From positions 97,963-161,962 of the forward strand of contig DF237120.1 in NCBI GenBank assembly GCA_000708835.1: a stretch of 64,000 nucleotides of DNA. Direction: 5' to 3'. Of this stretch, positions 12,950 through 24,400 are shown piece by piece. The stretch is from Klebsormidium nitens (taxonomy: Eukaryota > Plantae > Klebsormidiophyceae). Under the pieces are notes generated by a model. It was not told where the DNA came from and made no database searches. It saw only the letters and a program-made list of their open reading frames with translations. Made by a program: the position numbers and the translations under genes. Every line of letters starts with the position of its first letter. The stretch's first letter is position 1.

Positions 12950-15080
12950 ACTTTTCTTGTGAGATTCCTGCCAACATAAAGATAGTGCTCAAGCAACCAC
13001 GAGCCATTCTACTTTTGGTGGTGACACACGGCTTTGGGAGTCTCCTGCTTTTTCCTTGACTGAAACTCATCTGCGTCGAGAACTCTGGCTCTGATGGACA
13101 GCTAGTGTGGGCCGCACGTTGTTGCGCTCACCTTTGATAGTTTTGCTTATGAACTGAGGCCATGGGAGTCCGTCCGTTGTGCAGTCATCTCCTCTTTGGG
13201 AAGCCAAAAGAAAGAGCTGTCGATTGCGCGTGTCGATTGCACTTACTAGGCAACTCGATGTTGGTAGCTTAGCGTGTGAGGTCAGCCGCTTGGAAAGGTG
13301 CCATTCGACAACTTGTAAGTAATCAGAAGCTTCTTCAAAGGAAGGTACGGTTGCAATACCCCCCGTTTGGAACCTTGCTCGTTTCGTGACCATGGCGACT
13401 GTCTTTACTAATAAGTCTGGTTATGATGGTCAGGCAACACGGGCCTCGCTCTGTTGCGCTCATCTGTCCTGATGATGTTCTGAACTGAGGCCATCGGAGT
13501 CGTCCAATGGGTTGTCACCTCCTCTTCTTGTAAGGAAATGCTGGAACTGCTGGATGCGCGTGTCGTTATTCCGAGAGCACTGTCTTTCAGCCCAACGATC
13601 GTGTCTTTCGACCGTTGAATGTGTGAGTTCGGAAGCTGAGTCCCGTTTCAAACGAACGGCAAGTCAACAAAGCGTCAGGCCTTCTTGTCGACGGTTTGTG
13701 CGTTCTGTTGTCCCAAAAAAAAAAAAACTCCATTGTTGCGGGAAAAATGTTTGATCTGACGATGTGCCTTGAGTCAGCGAGTGCTGTAAAGTTGCCATTT
13801 TACCGTTGTTGGGGCTGTGACGATATGAATGTCCCGGCGCCAACGGCCTACAAAGTTGTTGAGGCACATTGCCTTTCCATCGGTAGATCCGATAGCCTTG
13901 TCTCCTTTTGAGCGGTTCTCTCCGGACCTGTGGACGCTCTTTGGGTGGATAACCATATTCTTTCTAGCTCTAGAACGTCCAGTCTCGTGTATATGTATAC
14001 CAGCACTTCCTTTGCGGTACACTTGTTGCCATGTAGCCAGAAGCCCGAAGCTGAGGGACGCTGCCTGCCACATCGAGATGTTGAGCCCCGGTTCCGCAGC
14101 GCCCCAGTAGCGCTGCCGCATAATGAAATGGTAAAGCGCTGCTGTGGCGCCACGCTTCCCGAAGAGTGGGGCCCTTCTGGCAGACGTTACCGACAGCAAC
14201 TCCAGGACCTTTTTTGATTGACGGCTGATCTGGAAACTTTCTCCGTATGGTACTTCAGACTGCTGACGTCATGCTCCGTTGCTTCAGCAAGTGGTGAGCG
14301 CCGCTGCGGCAAAATTTTTCCTGCCACAAGCATGGCTGCATCGTTCCGGGGGATGCGTTGGAGTGACCGGTTCGCCGCGGCCGTTCGGCGGTACTGCGGA
14401 AGTTTCACGCTACAATGTATCGAGTGGGTGCATATTTGATTTGCGCACGACTGTTTGCCAAAATCGAAGGCACTGACATACCGCAAATATATCAAGTTTA
14501 CGGGGTCCATCGACTTTCTTATTGGGTCCGCAGCATGTTGTGTAGTCCTTTCGTTGCCTGGCAGACCACTTTTTTGCGGTATCAATCTGCTTCTAGGACC
14601 AAAAGGGTTGCATGGAGGGAGAATCACATGCGGGTGCGGGAGTGGATGTGATCCGGAACCATTGAGCTCGTTCTCGTTGCTCATTCTTCTTTAGCGGTCT
14701 GAAGCCGTGCGGTGACATCCGGTCACTCGTTTATGGCACTCGTTTGTTGCTCCGGCTTGGATGATGGGCGAGCACTTGGGCGTGCCTCGCACCCTCAACT
14801 CTCTTGTTGAAAGTTTCCTGACGCCGAGCGCACTTGTGATCTTGTATGCCCTGTCTCTGTCTCTGCTTCGTCGTGCACTCTTCGTCTTGCTCCACTCTGG
14901 TTACTTCGTATAAGATTATATGGCGGTCTTTTGCCCGGCCGCGCGCTCTATGCTTGCGGATGCAGAAACGGTGAATGCGTCAAGCAGTTTCATTTTTTGA
15001 AGGAGCAGGTCGCTCGTTATCCCGTTGATCAACGTGGTTCAACTTTCAAGGCCAGAGTTCTCTTCGCTCTTAATGCCTCT
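12950..15080 (-). pseudogene. Decayed paralog D, 3'-truncated (2 tandem domains plus N-terminal region)
   Basis: Repeat anchors at 13153 and 13484. ORF 13774..14199 reads QVYRKG...RSRARKNMV...GDKAIGSTDGKAMCLNNFV...IVTAP and aligns with paralog C. 14700-15080 is homologous to 6700-7090 and 12470-12900. Confidence 0.65.
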
Positions 15081-15349
15081 CAATCTTATGGACGCCCCAT
15101 ATTCGCGTCCTCTAGAGTAGGATACTAAGGTCATCTCAACATATCGGTGAGCACGACTATGACTATATTGGCACAGGCGGGGCGTGATCACACGGGCTCC
15201 GCATGTTGATTTCTATGTTGACGCCAGACCTAACCACCTTCGAAACCCAGTCTTTGTGAATCGACCACACGCACACTAGCTGTAACAGGAAGCGATTGTA
15301 TTAGATCCTAGATAACGTCCTAGGGTACAGAATGCTATCTCAAAGCCCC

Positions 15350-16050
15350 TCACGTGTTGGGAGGTTTGAAGAACTTGGAAGGGCCCTGTGTGGTGACGCG
15401 AAGGCCTAACAAGGAGTGTTCAGACCGGGGCTCCAGAATCCTAGGGCGAAGCTTGTGATGAAGCTTCTTTTCTTGAAGAATGATCTCGCCGTTGTAACAA
15501 AGCCAAGGCCGTTGCTCAGAGGCTTGCAAGGCGGACCTTCTCTTGCACACGAGCGTTCTGAGTCTGCTCGAGGCCGGTCTCCCAATCACTTGTGGCAATG
15601 AACTTAGTACAAGCCCGGAAGCTAGTGTCAGTGCCTGCAGTCGTCTGAGCCTAAGCAAATCAATCCCGAGAAGCATTTTCCGTTTCAGCATATTGCTATG
15701 CAGGCCTTCAGCCCGCCACAAATACGAAGTGCATGACTACACGCTTAGTGTGCTGTGAACAGCTAACTGCTGTCTGAGGAGCTCTCTGATTCTATCGAGA
15801 CCAGTGTCCTCGAAGTTAACGCTTCTGAGCATCAGTGCCAAGAGTCCTTCCACTGGATCAGACAAGTGATTGCAACACTCCGTTTTGTTCCTTACGAGCT
15901 GGAGGACCGATCCAGAGCAAAGCTCTCAACTGCACCATCTTAAACCGAACAAGGCTTCGTGTTTTCACTTAGCTTGGGTTGTGAGGAAATCGGAAACGTT
16001 TGATCCTCCTTACAAGAGTGTCACAAGGAGTTCTTGCCATCTGATCCCGG
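15350..16050 (-). pseudogene. Possible decayed leucine-rich-repeat protein fragment
   Basis: One minus frame with few stops reads LMLRSVNFEDTGLDRIRELL...LRRLQALTLASGLVLSSLPQVIGRPASSRLRTLVCKRRSALQAS, resembling the LxxLxLxxCxxLxxLPxxIG LRR pattern. Judged by eye only. Confidence 0.3.
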
Positions 16051-16599
16051 TCGAGAAGCTCGCCGTGAGTAACTACTGTGTCACGTCAAAAATGTCCGTC
16101 TTGACATTGAACAACAGCGCTCTACCTCTTGCAAGACTGCATGTGGGTTTCGGCCAACACGACAGAAGATGCTCGGCTAACCTTCCAAATCCCGTTTTGC
16201 ACTGTGAATTCTTTCCTGAGCGAGATTGTGGCAGATTCTAGCATCGCAGATAAAGATAAGGCCGCTCTTGTTGGCGCCTTCAGGCGTGACATTGAACATG
16301 CTCAAACAACGCTGGAAATGCCTGTATGCGCTAGGCGCTGTCTTTTGCTAAGTTTGCTTGTGGGCCATGAAAAGAAAGTCTGGCTGCCCGGGCGGAGCCA
16401 TCCAGTTTGTCACCTCAGTCCGAAACCTGACGCCCCTTGGTAGATGACGCGCTTTGCTTTTCTGCGGTCTGAGCTGAAGTCGTGCTTGAATTCTGGCTGT
16501 TGGTGGCAAAGGCTTGCTTCATATTTTCTGAACGGAAGATTGATACTCCAGCTAGAGACAACTTTGTTTCGGCATCAATAAGAAGACCGGAGATAGCGC

Positions 16600-18400
16600 T
16601 CCTTTGAACCCGCATGTATCCTTGGAATTTCTTCTGGAGGACTTCTTCCGGCCCTCGCGGCAGGAAAATTCACTTAGTTAGTTTTATGGGTTTGACTCTT
16701 GCGCGCTTGCCTGCATGCTGATCCAGCCAAAGGGTCTTGGACGGTGGACTTCATAAAAGGTCGAGGTCTCCATTCTCTAGTTGCTCTCTTTTGAAGGCGT
16801 CAGGACCATGGTCAGAATAGGTTATTGATTTGCGGTCCGAGGGTTTCTTCGAAGATGCGGTAACCATCTTCCAAGCGCTAACATTCTCTGGTTGCCTCGT
16901 ACAGGTGAGGGATGCCCGCATGTCCTACCTTGTGTTTTGAGCTTCGAAAGTTCTTTCATCCAAACATAGAGAACCATTTTTCAGCCTGTGCATCAGGTGA
17001 GTATCGTTTTTCTTCTTCAATGGCAAGGCCGAAGCGTCGAAGCTTGCACAATGACGAACAACGAGAAGAGCGGTTTCAGCCTTGGCTTCGACTCCTCCAG
17101 AGTCATCTTTACTTGGTTGGCGTGCTGCAACGCCATGCTTAATCGGTTCTGATCAGAACCTTTGAAGTGTTTCTGACCCCTTGAGAGCATCCCTCTCCAA
17201 CGTTGTTAAGAACGTATCTGTTGCTGTGATAATTAAGTTGGTGAGTGGATTTAAACACTGATTTTTGGAATGACTGGTGAATGAAGGTCGAGATATGATC
17301 GAGTTGCTTTGCTGAGGACTCGGCCGACAGATAGATGGGCTGGATCTGGTCCGAGTCACTGTGCCCCTTCGCCGTCCGTTGTGGCTCTCAGAAAGCTGCT
17401 TGGCCGCACCTTGCTCGCTTAGAGCAACATATCTGTTAGCTCTTGATGCCCCTCATACGCGGGTACAATCTAATAAAGTTCGTAGCTTTGTAAGCTCTGC
17501 CACCATGCCTTCATTTGCAGCTTGCCAGGAGGAATGTTTCTTCGCGTAATTTGTGCGGCCAGAACCATTGGAGTTGTCCATCTTGTGAAAACGTACAGAT
17601 TTTCCTCAAGCAAACATGATGTGCCTTTACCTCTGCCCACTTGGGACGATGCAATCCTCTTGGTGCCCCGCTTGGCACCTTGTGCGGGTTTCTTGAACAT
17701 TACTTTTTCGTGAATCACATCGAAACCGTGGCTATGAAGGTCAGCCAGTTTGGGCGGCACGTCGCTGCGCTCAAACCGGAATCTGCTGTATCCTGAGGCC
17801 GAGCACTATCGACCATTGTCTATCGGTTTCTCCGGTTGGAAAGGGAGTACACGAGCTGCCGTTGCGCATGTTGAAAGCAACTCTTCTGGGGGTACATAGC
17901 GTGTGTGATGTCGGGCCCTGGAAGATGTCTTTTCCATCAATTTGTGAGTCGAATGAACGTTGGACGCGCGGTTCTAGTGCTCCGGGTCCCGCTTGGGACC
18001 TCATGTTGCAGTTTCAACAGTTTTTGATTGAGAACTGGCTCTGATGGTCAAGCTGTGTGAGCAGCACCTTGTTCCGCTCAACTTAGTTTTGCTTCTCAAC
18101 TGAGGCCATTGAACTTTGTCGACAGAGCTCTCACTTCCCTCTGCGGAGGAGAAGGACAATAGTCAATACCTCTAGGAGGCGGATACCTGCCGTGGGGCTG
18201 TGATGTTGTGAAGGTCTCGGCTCTTTCCTTCGTTCGAGGCCAATCTGGGATGTTAAAGCAGAACGCCCCACCCATCGAAGAAGTTCCCACGAGATATTCT
18301 TGTCTCTTCAGCAGGGTTTCGAGGAGCCCAACTGCTACTTATAGGTAATTGCATGTTTCTCGTGAAATGTCTTGTTGCATCTACAACTCTAGCAAGGCGT
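16600..18400 (-). pseudogene. Decayed paralog E (C-terminal region, 2 tandem domains, partial N-terminal region)
   Basis: Repeat anchors at 17793 and 18099. GHAGIPHLYEATREC*RLEDGY near 16860-16920 matches paralogs A and C. 18195-18290 matches 11641-11715. Confidence 0.65.
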
Positions 18401-21400
18401 GTCACGGCAGTATTTGAATTTAATTACAATGATCACCAGACCCCAATCGAGCCCAGTTTATACATGTTTGATGCCTCAATCAAATCTGCAGTAAGGGGCT
18501 ACCTCTTGAAAAGATAGCGGCAGCAAAGTTAAATATGGGGTGATTGCTGTTGGGGTTCTAGGACAAGATCTTTTGCATGAAGGAATTTTTCGAGGGTCTC
18601 CCCGGCGAATTGTAACACATCGAAAACATAGGTTGCAAGCGTCTACTTTTGTCTTACTTATCTTAAAGGGTTACCGTCCCACCCTTTTTGTGGTCCACAT
18701 TCGTAAGATGCAAACTTACAAGTAGCTGGCTTGATGACTTTGTCCAACGGCTCTGATGGTATGGAGGTATGAGCGGAGGACGTGTCTCAGTCGTTCTTCG
18801 TGCCTGACGCCATGTTGACCTAGAGCTAGACATGTTACCCTGGAGTGGTCCGTGAGAATAAGCTCAGATGAAAGGAGGCGTCTCGAAAATCCGAGTCGCG
18901 GGCTAGCTGCCTCACTAGTATCTGGGCGTCAAGCCGACTGATTTTGAGCGTTTCTCGTGACGGGGACGAAAGCCCTCGTAATGCATCCAGCAGCCGGCAG
19001 TGCTATGCGGAGGAGCTAGCTTTGCTGTGCGGCGGTTTTGCCATGGCTTGCAACGTACGCTCAAATCGAGGGAACATTGTTTGATTCTGGTGAAAGCGCG
19101 TTGGCAAGGATGGATGAATACCTTGAGAGCGCAATAGCTGCCCAGAATTTGAGGTCGCCTTGATGCCACCGTTTGTAGTGCCACGGATGCTTGCTAAATT
19201 TCTTTCCTTGGGGATTTGAGTCTGGCGCCAGAATCCGTTCGACATCTGTGAGAACGCGTGCTCATGCTCTGATTTGATTCACATAATCTGTTCGTTTGGC
19301 CCGACATTGGAAGCACAATGGACGCGGAGTGCTTTTTTTTGTTCATCTTTGCTACTTAGGAGAGATTTTTATACTCGATTATTTCATAATCAGTCTAGTG
19401 AGCGGCGCCGTCGCCTCACCATTTGTAGCTTGTTTCATGTGAAGATTGTGCCGCAGCTAGTTCGGTTCGAATCTGTGATTTCGGGTTGGTTCTCAACCTG
19501 GTCTTCAGATTATCCCTCGATCTCCCATGTTTCCTAGACCATTTTGGAACATAATGGCACTGCTACCGGTCTGGCCAGCCTGTGATAATGGGCACTCTTG
19601 ACAACCCCATCATTGTTCACAGGAGATTTTTGCCCATCTGAAGCTTCTCACCGGCCCTCCCCTAGTGATCCCGCGTTTGTGACCACCTATGCAGAATACA
19701 CATATATGGCGCACTTACATACCGTCATTTGCACTTGCTTCTGGAACCCATCTCGACCGTACCCGTTCATTGCTCCCAAAAACAGGAGCATCGACGCTCA
19801 CCTTTGCTTCTTGCTTGCAGGTGAGCGGCTGAATTGACAAGCCGTCAAAGTACGGCTCCACCATATTTGCAGCCCACCGAGTCCAGCATGTGGTACGGTC
19901 ATTGCCTTTTCGCGTTCTGATTCTGATTGATGAATCGCTTGTTGCGACCTCCATCACTTGAAGGGTAGGAGCTTTATTTTGGTCTATATTTAATGCGATG
20001 GAGTCCTTGCAACCGGTCTGACGACCACTTTGCTTACTTTGGCATGACGGCCGTGATAAGGTAGGCCCCAGTCTTGAGCAAGCACGTGCTCAGATAGGGA
20101 CGTGGACCGCCCGTTCATTTGATGCTGGAGCTCTAGGTCTTCGCTTCTGATCCCTCCGGGTCGGTCCTGGTCCGCTCCAGTCTCGCAATCAGCGGTTATC
20201 AAAGCGCAAAGATGGAAGCCAGTGTAAAAGACGAATTTTGTTTACGCTGTTTCTTTAACTTTGAGCTCGTGTGAACTCCATGACAAAACACCTTTATGCT
20301 TTTCAGTGTGATCCTTGTGTAGCTCCACAATCCGCCGTAGAACTTGGTCCGGACTAGAATAAAGTTAGTCAGCTGAACATTGTAATGGAGTCTCTTGCCC
20401 AAGAGACTCCCCAGCACCAGCCCCAGCACCAGCACACCTGCTGCAGTCAACTATTGCCGGGTCTGAAATTTGGGCGACGGTTGACCTTGCTGGGGCCGCT
20501 TTGCCATCTGAGGAGTGTGGTTTGCGAGCGTGGTCCCTTCTTTGATTGTGGCATCGGAGGTGGCAGTGATCGAGCCCACTTCAAAACTGAGTGCGCAATT
20601 TTGCGCGCTGCTCACCCTTGCCAACTCATCTCTGACGCCGGGTGGAAGCATGTCCGATTTCGGCTGAGTCGTGCAGCTGACTAGCTGCAATCGTCATGGC
20701 AACCCGCTGACTCCAGTACGATTGTAAACAAGACGAGTGTATTCTTGTTGTGAAACGTGTCATGCGATTCGGCCAGTACTCTATGTAGCATAGAGAGCAC
20801 TAAATCGTGGACCTTTGTTGCAAGTCACTGTCACGTTGCAGTGTTTGGTTGCACCCCGGTTCTGGATGCGATGTCGACCAATGGATTTTGCAGCGTCTTT
20901 CCCCCGGCGATACCCGATGCTTGTCCGTGTCGAGCGTTCCTATGCTCTGCTGTGTGCGCAAAAGCGTGCGGCGTTCAAGTTCTTAGCACCTCAATGTGTA
21001 CCATTGCCAGGCAATCTAGCATTTTTGTGGTTCAGAAGGTCTTGTTGTATCACGCTTTTGGACCGCGGTGTCTTTTGAATAGGTACTTTCTGAACTCACA
21101 TTCTATTCAACGCCAATCCTATCTACTTCCGGCCATGACGTTCGGGCACGTTGAGCTCACTATGTTGCTCACGGTCTCTTCTAGTCGGCTGAGCAAAATG
21201 CCGGTTCTTAAAATGCCGTCATCCACTGGGAACAGCCACCTCCTTACTTTGAAATCTGGACTCGTCAGTCTTTGTCCGTGTCGTCTGAAGCTGCTGTTCT
21301 TGTGAGCACCAAAGCCGACCGGGGATTTCACAACGACGAGATCCCTAGTTTCGTATCCCTACTCGTTCTGGTGGTCACGGCATTCGCTTCTCCTTTGCCA

Positions 21401-24400
21401 CTGAGTTTCGAAGCCGTTGAAAGTCGACCATTGAGCGCAAAACTTTACTCACCAACTATCAGTCGTACAGAGCCCGAGTTCGCTGCCCACTGCTTCACTA
21501 TATATGGTCGTGAGTTTCTGAATTTTCAGGCGTATGTATGTCGGCCGTGATCGAACAAATCTGAGCTAGTCTGATTGGCTCATCTTGACTTTCTAGCTCG
21601 GCGCGATTTTAGGCCGGCTATATTCAAATTGCGTATGCGAGTGAAGACGCAATCCAAAGCTGGCGCGAGCCTTCCGAAAATATTCGGGAAGGCAGCTTGA
21701 AACGTCATGCTTAAATTGTCTGTGTTCCATTACGAGCTTACTTCGTTACAACATGTGTAACCCAATTCCACTGAGCAAGAGTTACGCGCTTGACTTACTA
21801 GGCTTCTAGGCTGCCTCCTCTTGGACGGCACCCACGGCGCATGCAGGCACTTTTGAGAGGGATTTGAGGGACCCACTTTTCCGGAATGAATGGAAGGCGG
21901 TTCTTTCCTTGCTGTAAACACGCGCATCAATAATGATGGATCAGGCTTGAGCCGACAAGAGCGGCCCACGCTTTTGTTGAGATATGGATGATGCTGCGAA
22001 GGAGTGTGATGGCGTCACGACGCTTTGATGCATCCACTTTCGTCCTATTTTGCCGTTCTTCAGTAGGTTTGTCATTACAGGTGATATGATTAGCACTACT
22101 TGCAAACAAAACGAGTCTTGTTGAAGGCCCCCGCTTCTGAACCCCGTCCATCTTTGTTGGCGGGCCGGTGCTTTTAGTCGTGGCATGTAGCTAGGCCTTC
22201 AGCTAGATATTGTGGCCGGGATACTTGAACAGGCTGAGCGCACCTTGGTGCTCGATTCTTTTTTGTAGCTGGTCTGCTGATGCCACGAGTATGCAACATC
22301 ACTTCCGCTCTCATTTACAAACGTTGATTGGTGGCCGCAAAAAACTTTTGTGTGATGCATCCTAACGAATCACTAACATGAAGCACCGGGGGGGATGCTT
22401 TCCGTCACCATCTCAAGCGAGAGGCGAGGAAGGTACCTGCTGAATCTGCCATAACGGTGCACCAGGAACCATGTCTATATAAATTCTCACGATTGTTACG
22501 GGGGGGTTACGGATGAGGGAGGGAAACCATTTAATTGCTGTCAACAGATCCTTTCGTTCGTCGCGTCAGCCGCTTTACGTTGAGCTACCTCGGAACTGAA
22601 TTGTGCGTCACGAATATTGTTGTGCCGCTTGCGAGCCGATGGTAGGCCTTCAATGGAAGTGCCCATTATTGGCACAAGCTGGACTCCGGCACACGGTTCT
22701 GCTTCTTTCGTGCTCCTCCGCCGTTGCATTCAACTGTCTCTTCGGGTTTTTACAAGGCCACCCAGAAAGTTGTTTGAGTATTGCTCTTGTGAGGCCGCCG
22801 CTTTACTGTCCGGCTCGTTGTAGCGGACACCGACCAGATTCTGAGTCTCTGATGTGCTGTCATCGTTAGAAAAGGTGGCCGGGATAGTTGATCAATACTG
22901 ATCCAGATTGATTGCTCACAATTTCTTTCTTCGCCCTATTGAAGCCACGTTAGCTGCATCATGCGTCATCATATATTGCGGCCGGAGTTTCAATTTGATG
23001 CCACGCTACAGCGCAACGGGTTACGCCCGTTATTCTGCCAATCTGTAAATCCAGAAGACTTCGTTGGATCGTATCAAAGGTACTGTTGAATTTTCGTGTT
23101 GGCAGGGAAAGTATCCGACATCCTGAGCTCGCACAATCGAGCCGGCGCTCAAGTGAAGTCCGGCCGGAGATGTCCATTGAGCCGCCCAATCTTTGTTGAC
23201 ACTGTTGAAACTCAAAGTTGTGCCTCCTTTCGGCCGAGTTGAGTGATCACGGCCCCCAAGAAATTTCTGTTCAACATTTTGATCTCCTTTTCTAGATCGC
23301 GTCTTGTGCGCTATTTTCGGGGATGACTCTGTCTCGTGGAAACAACACAACATTCAGGCTCTGCTCGGCCTTCTCTTTGTTTGAACGGCGACGCTCGAGC
23401 GCTTGGTCACTTTTTTCACCAAAAAATCTGGCCGAGTGCCTCTGCTTCATATTCCTGGTTACGGCAAGTGTTTCTCACCATACCCCCCAGGCTTCAACGA
23501 TGTCTTGCTGCTTACAATCGCCTTGCTTTGGCAGCTACCTTCACCTCTCCCGGCCCTGTCCTTTGGCTCTGACTGCCCTTTTCGGATCACTCGCTGAGCA
23601 AGCAGTGGCCACTCATGCCCGCTTGGTCGCACCTCACGTCAATGCTCGACGCCGCCTACCGCATTCGCTTTGTTCTCCCTGAGCTTAACAGTCACCAATC
23701 TTGCATACCTGCTGATTTGCTAATCAGCTTAGCAACCCCGCCCTCGCGTCGTGGCGCGCGTAGCTTCCATCTAAGTATGCACCACGTTGCCCTGTTTACG
23801 AGCAGCTATGCTAGCAGCAGCGTCAGGTATGATTTGAAAGCGTTCCGTGCTGCGTCAAGAACAAGTCTATCTGACGGATCGTACGCGAGTTTTTTTTGAG
23901 TCCCGCTTCATACTCTGCTGCAGAATCAGGTTCACCTGCGTCGGCCATGACCGGCGAACATATTTGAGCTTCCGGTTGCTCAAAAGTCCTCTGTTCCTGA
24001 TGCCGCATAATCCGAGCATGTCGCTTGTGAATCGTAGAGACTGGAGTCGGTCTATTAAATGCGACAAAACAGCCTGACGCTTACTAATTCGCAGCCCATG
24101 CTTTCGTAGTCTTTGATGTTGGAAAGTGACGTGTCACGCAAAAGCCTGCAAGCTTCGCGTTCGGACTGACCCTTCTTAAGGTTCTCTTGTGTGTGACGAG
24201 AAGCAGCGATCTGAGCGGATTCTGTGCACGCTCATTTGCCTCGGGTGTCTCCTAAGCCGCTTGTTCGCGCTTGTGGCTAATCTTGAGTCAGCTGGTACGA
24301 TCAAGGCCGTTTCCGTTCAAATGTCGAGCTTTCGTTATTCCATGGAGCGCGAATGGCCGTCCGGGATATTGAACGCGCAGATGTACTTACTGATGCTTTA

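Noticed and set aside
4770-18110. Regularly spaced conserved cores suggesting a CRISPR-like array
   Set aside because: The period is ~330 bp, the units are degenerate along their whole length and translate into a shared peptide, and the host is eukaryotic with no cas genes.
3900-18400. Idea that the array was inactivated by methylation-driven C-to-T (RIP-like) mutation
   Set aside because: The stops I could trace include TAC to TAG and TGC to TGA, which are not deamination products. A full alignment would be needed to test this.
21669-21693. Small hairpin GCCTTCCGAA-AATA-TTCGGGAAGGC, and a TATA-like TCTATATAAA at ~22476
   Set aside because: They are isolated motifs with no linked gene, LTR partner or element end identified.
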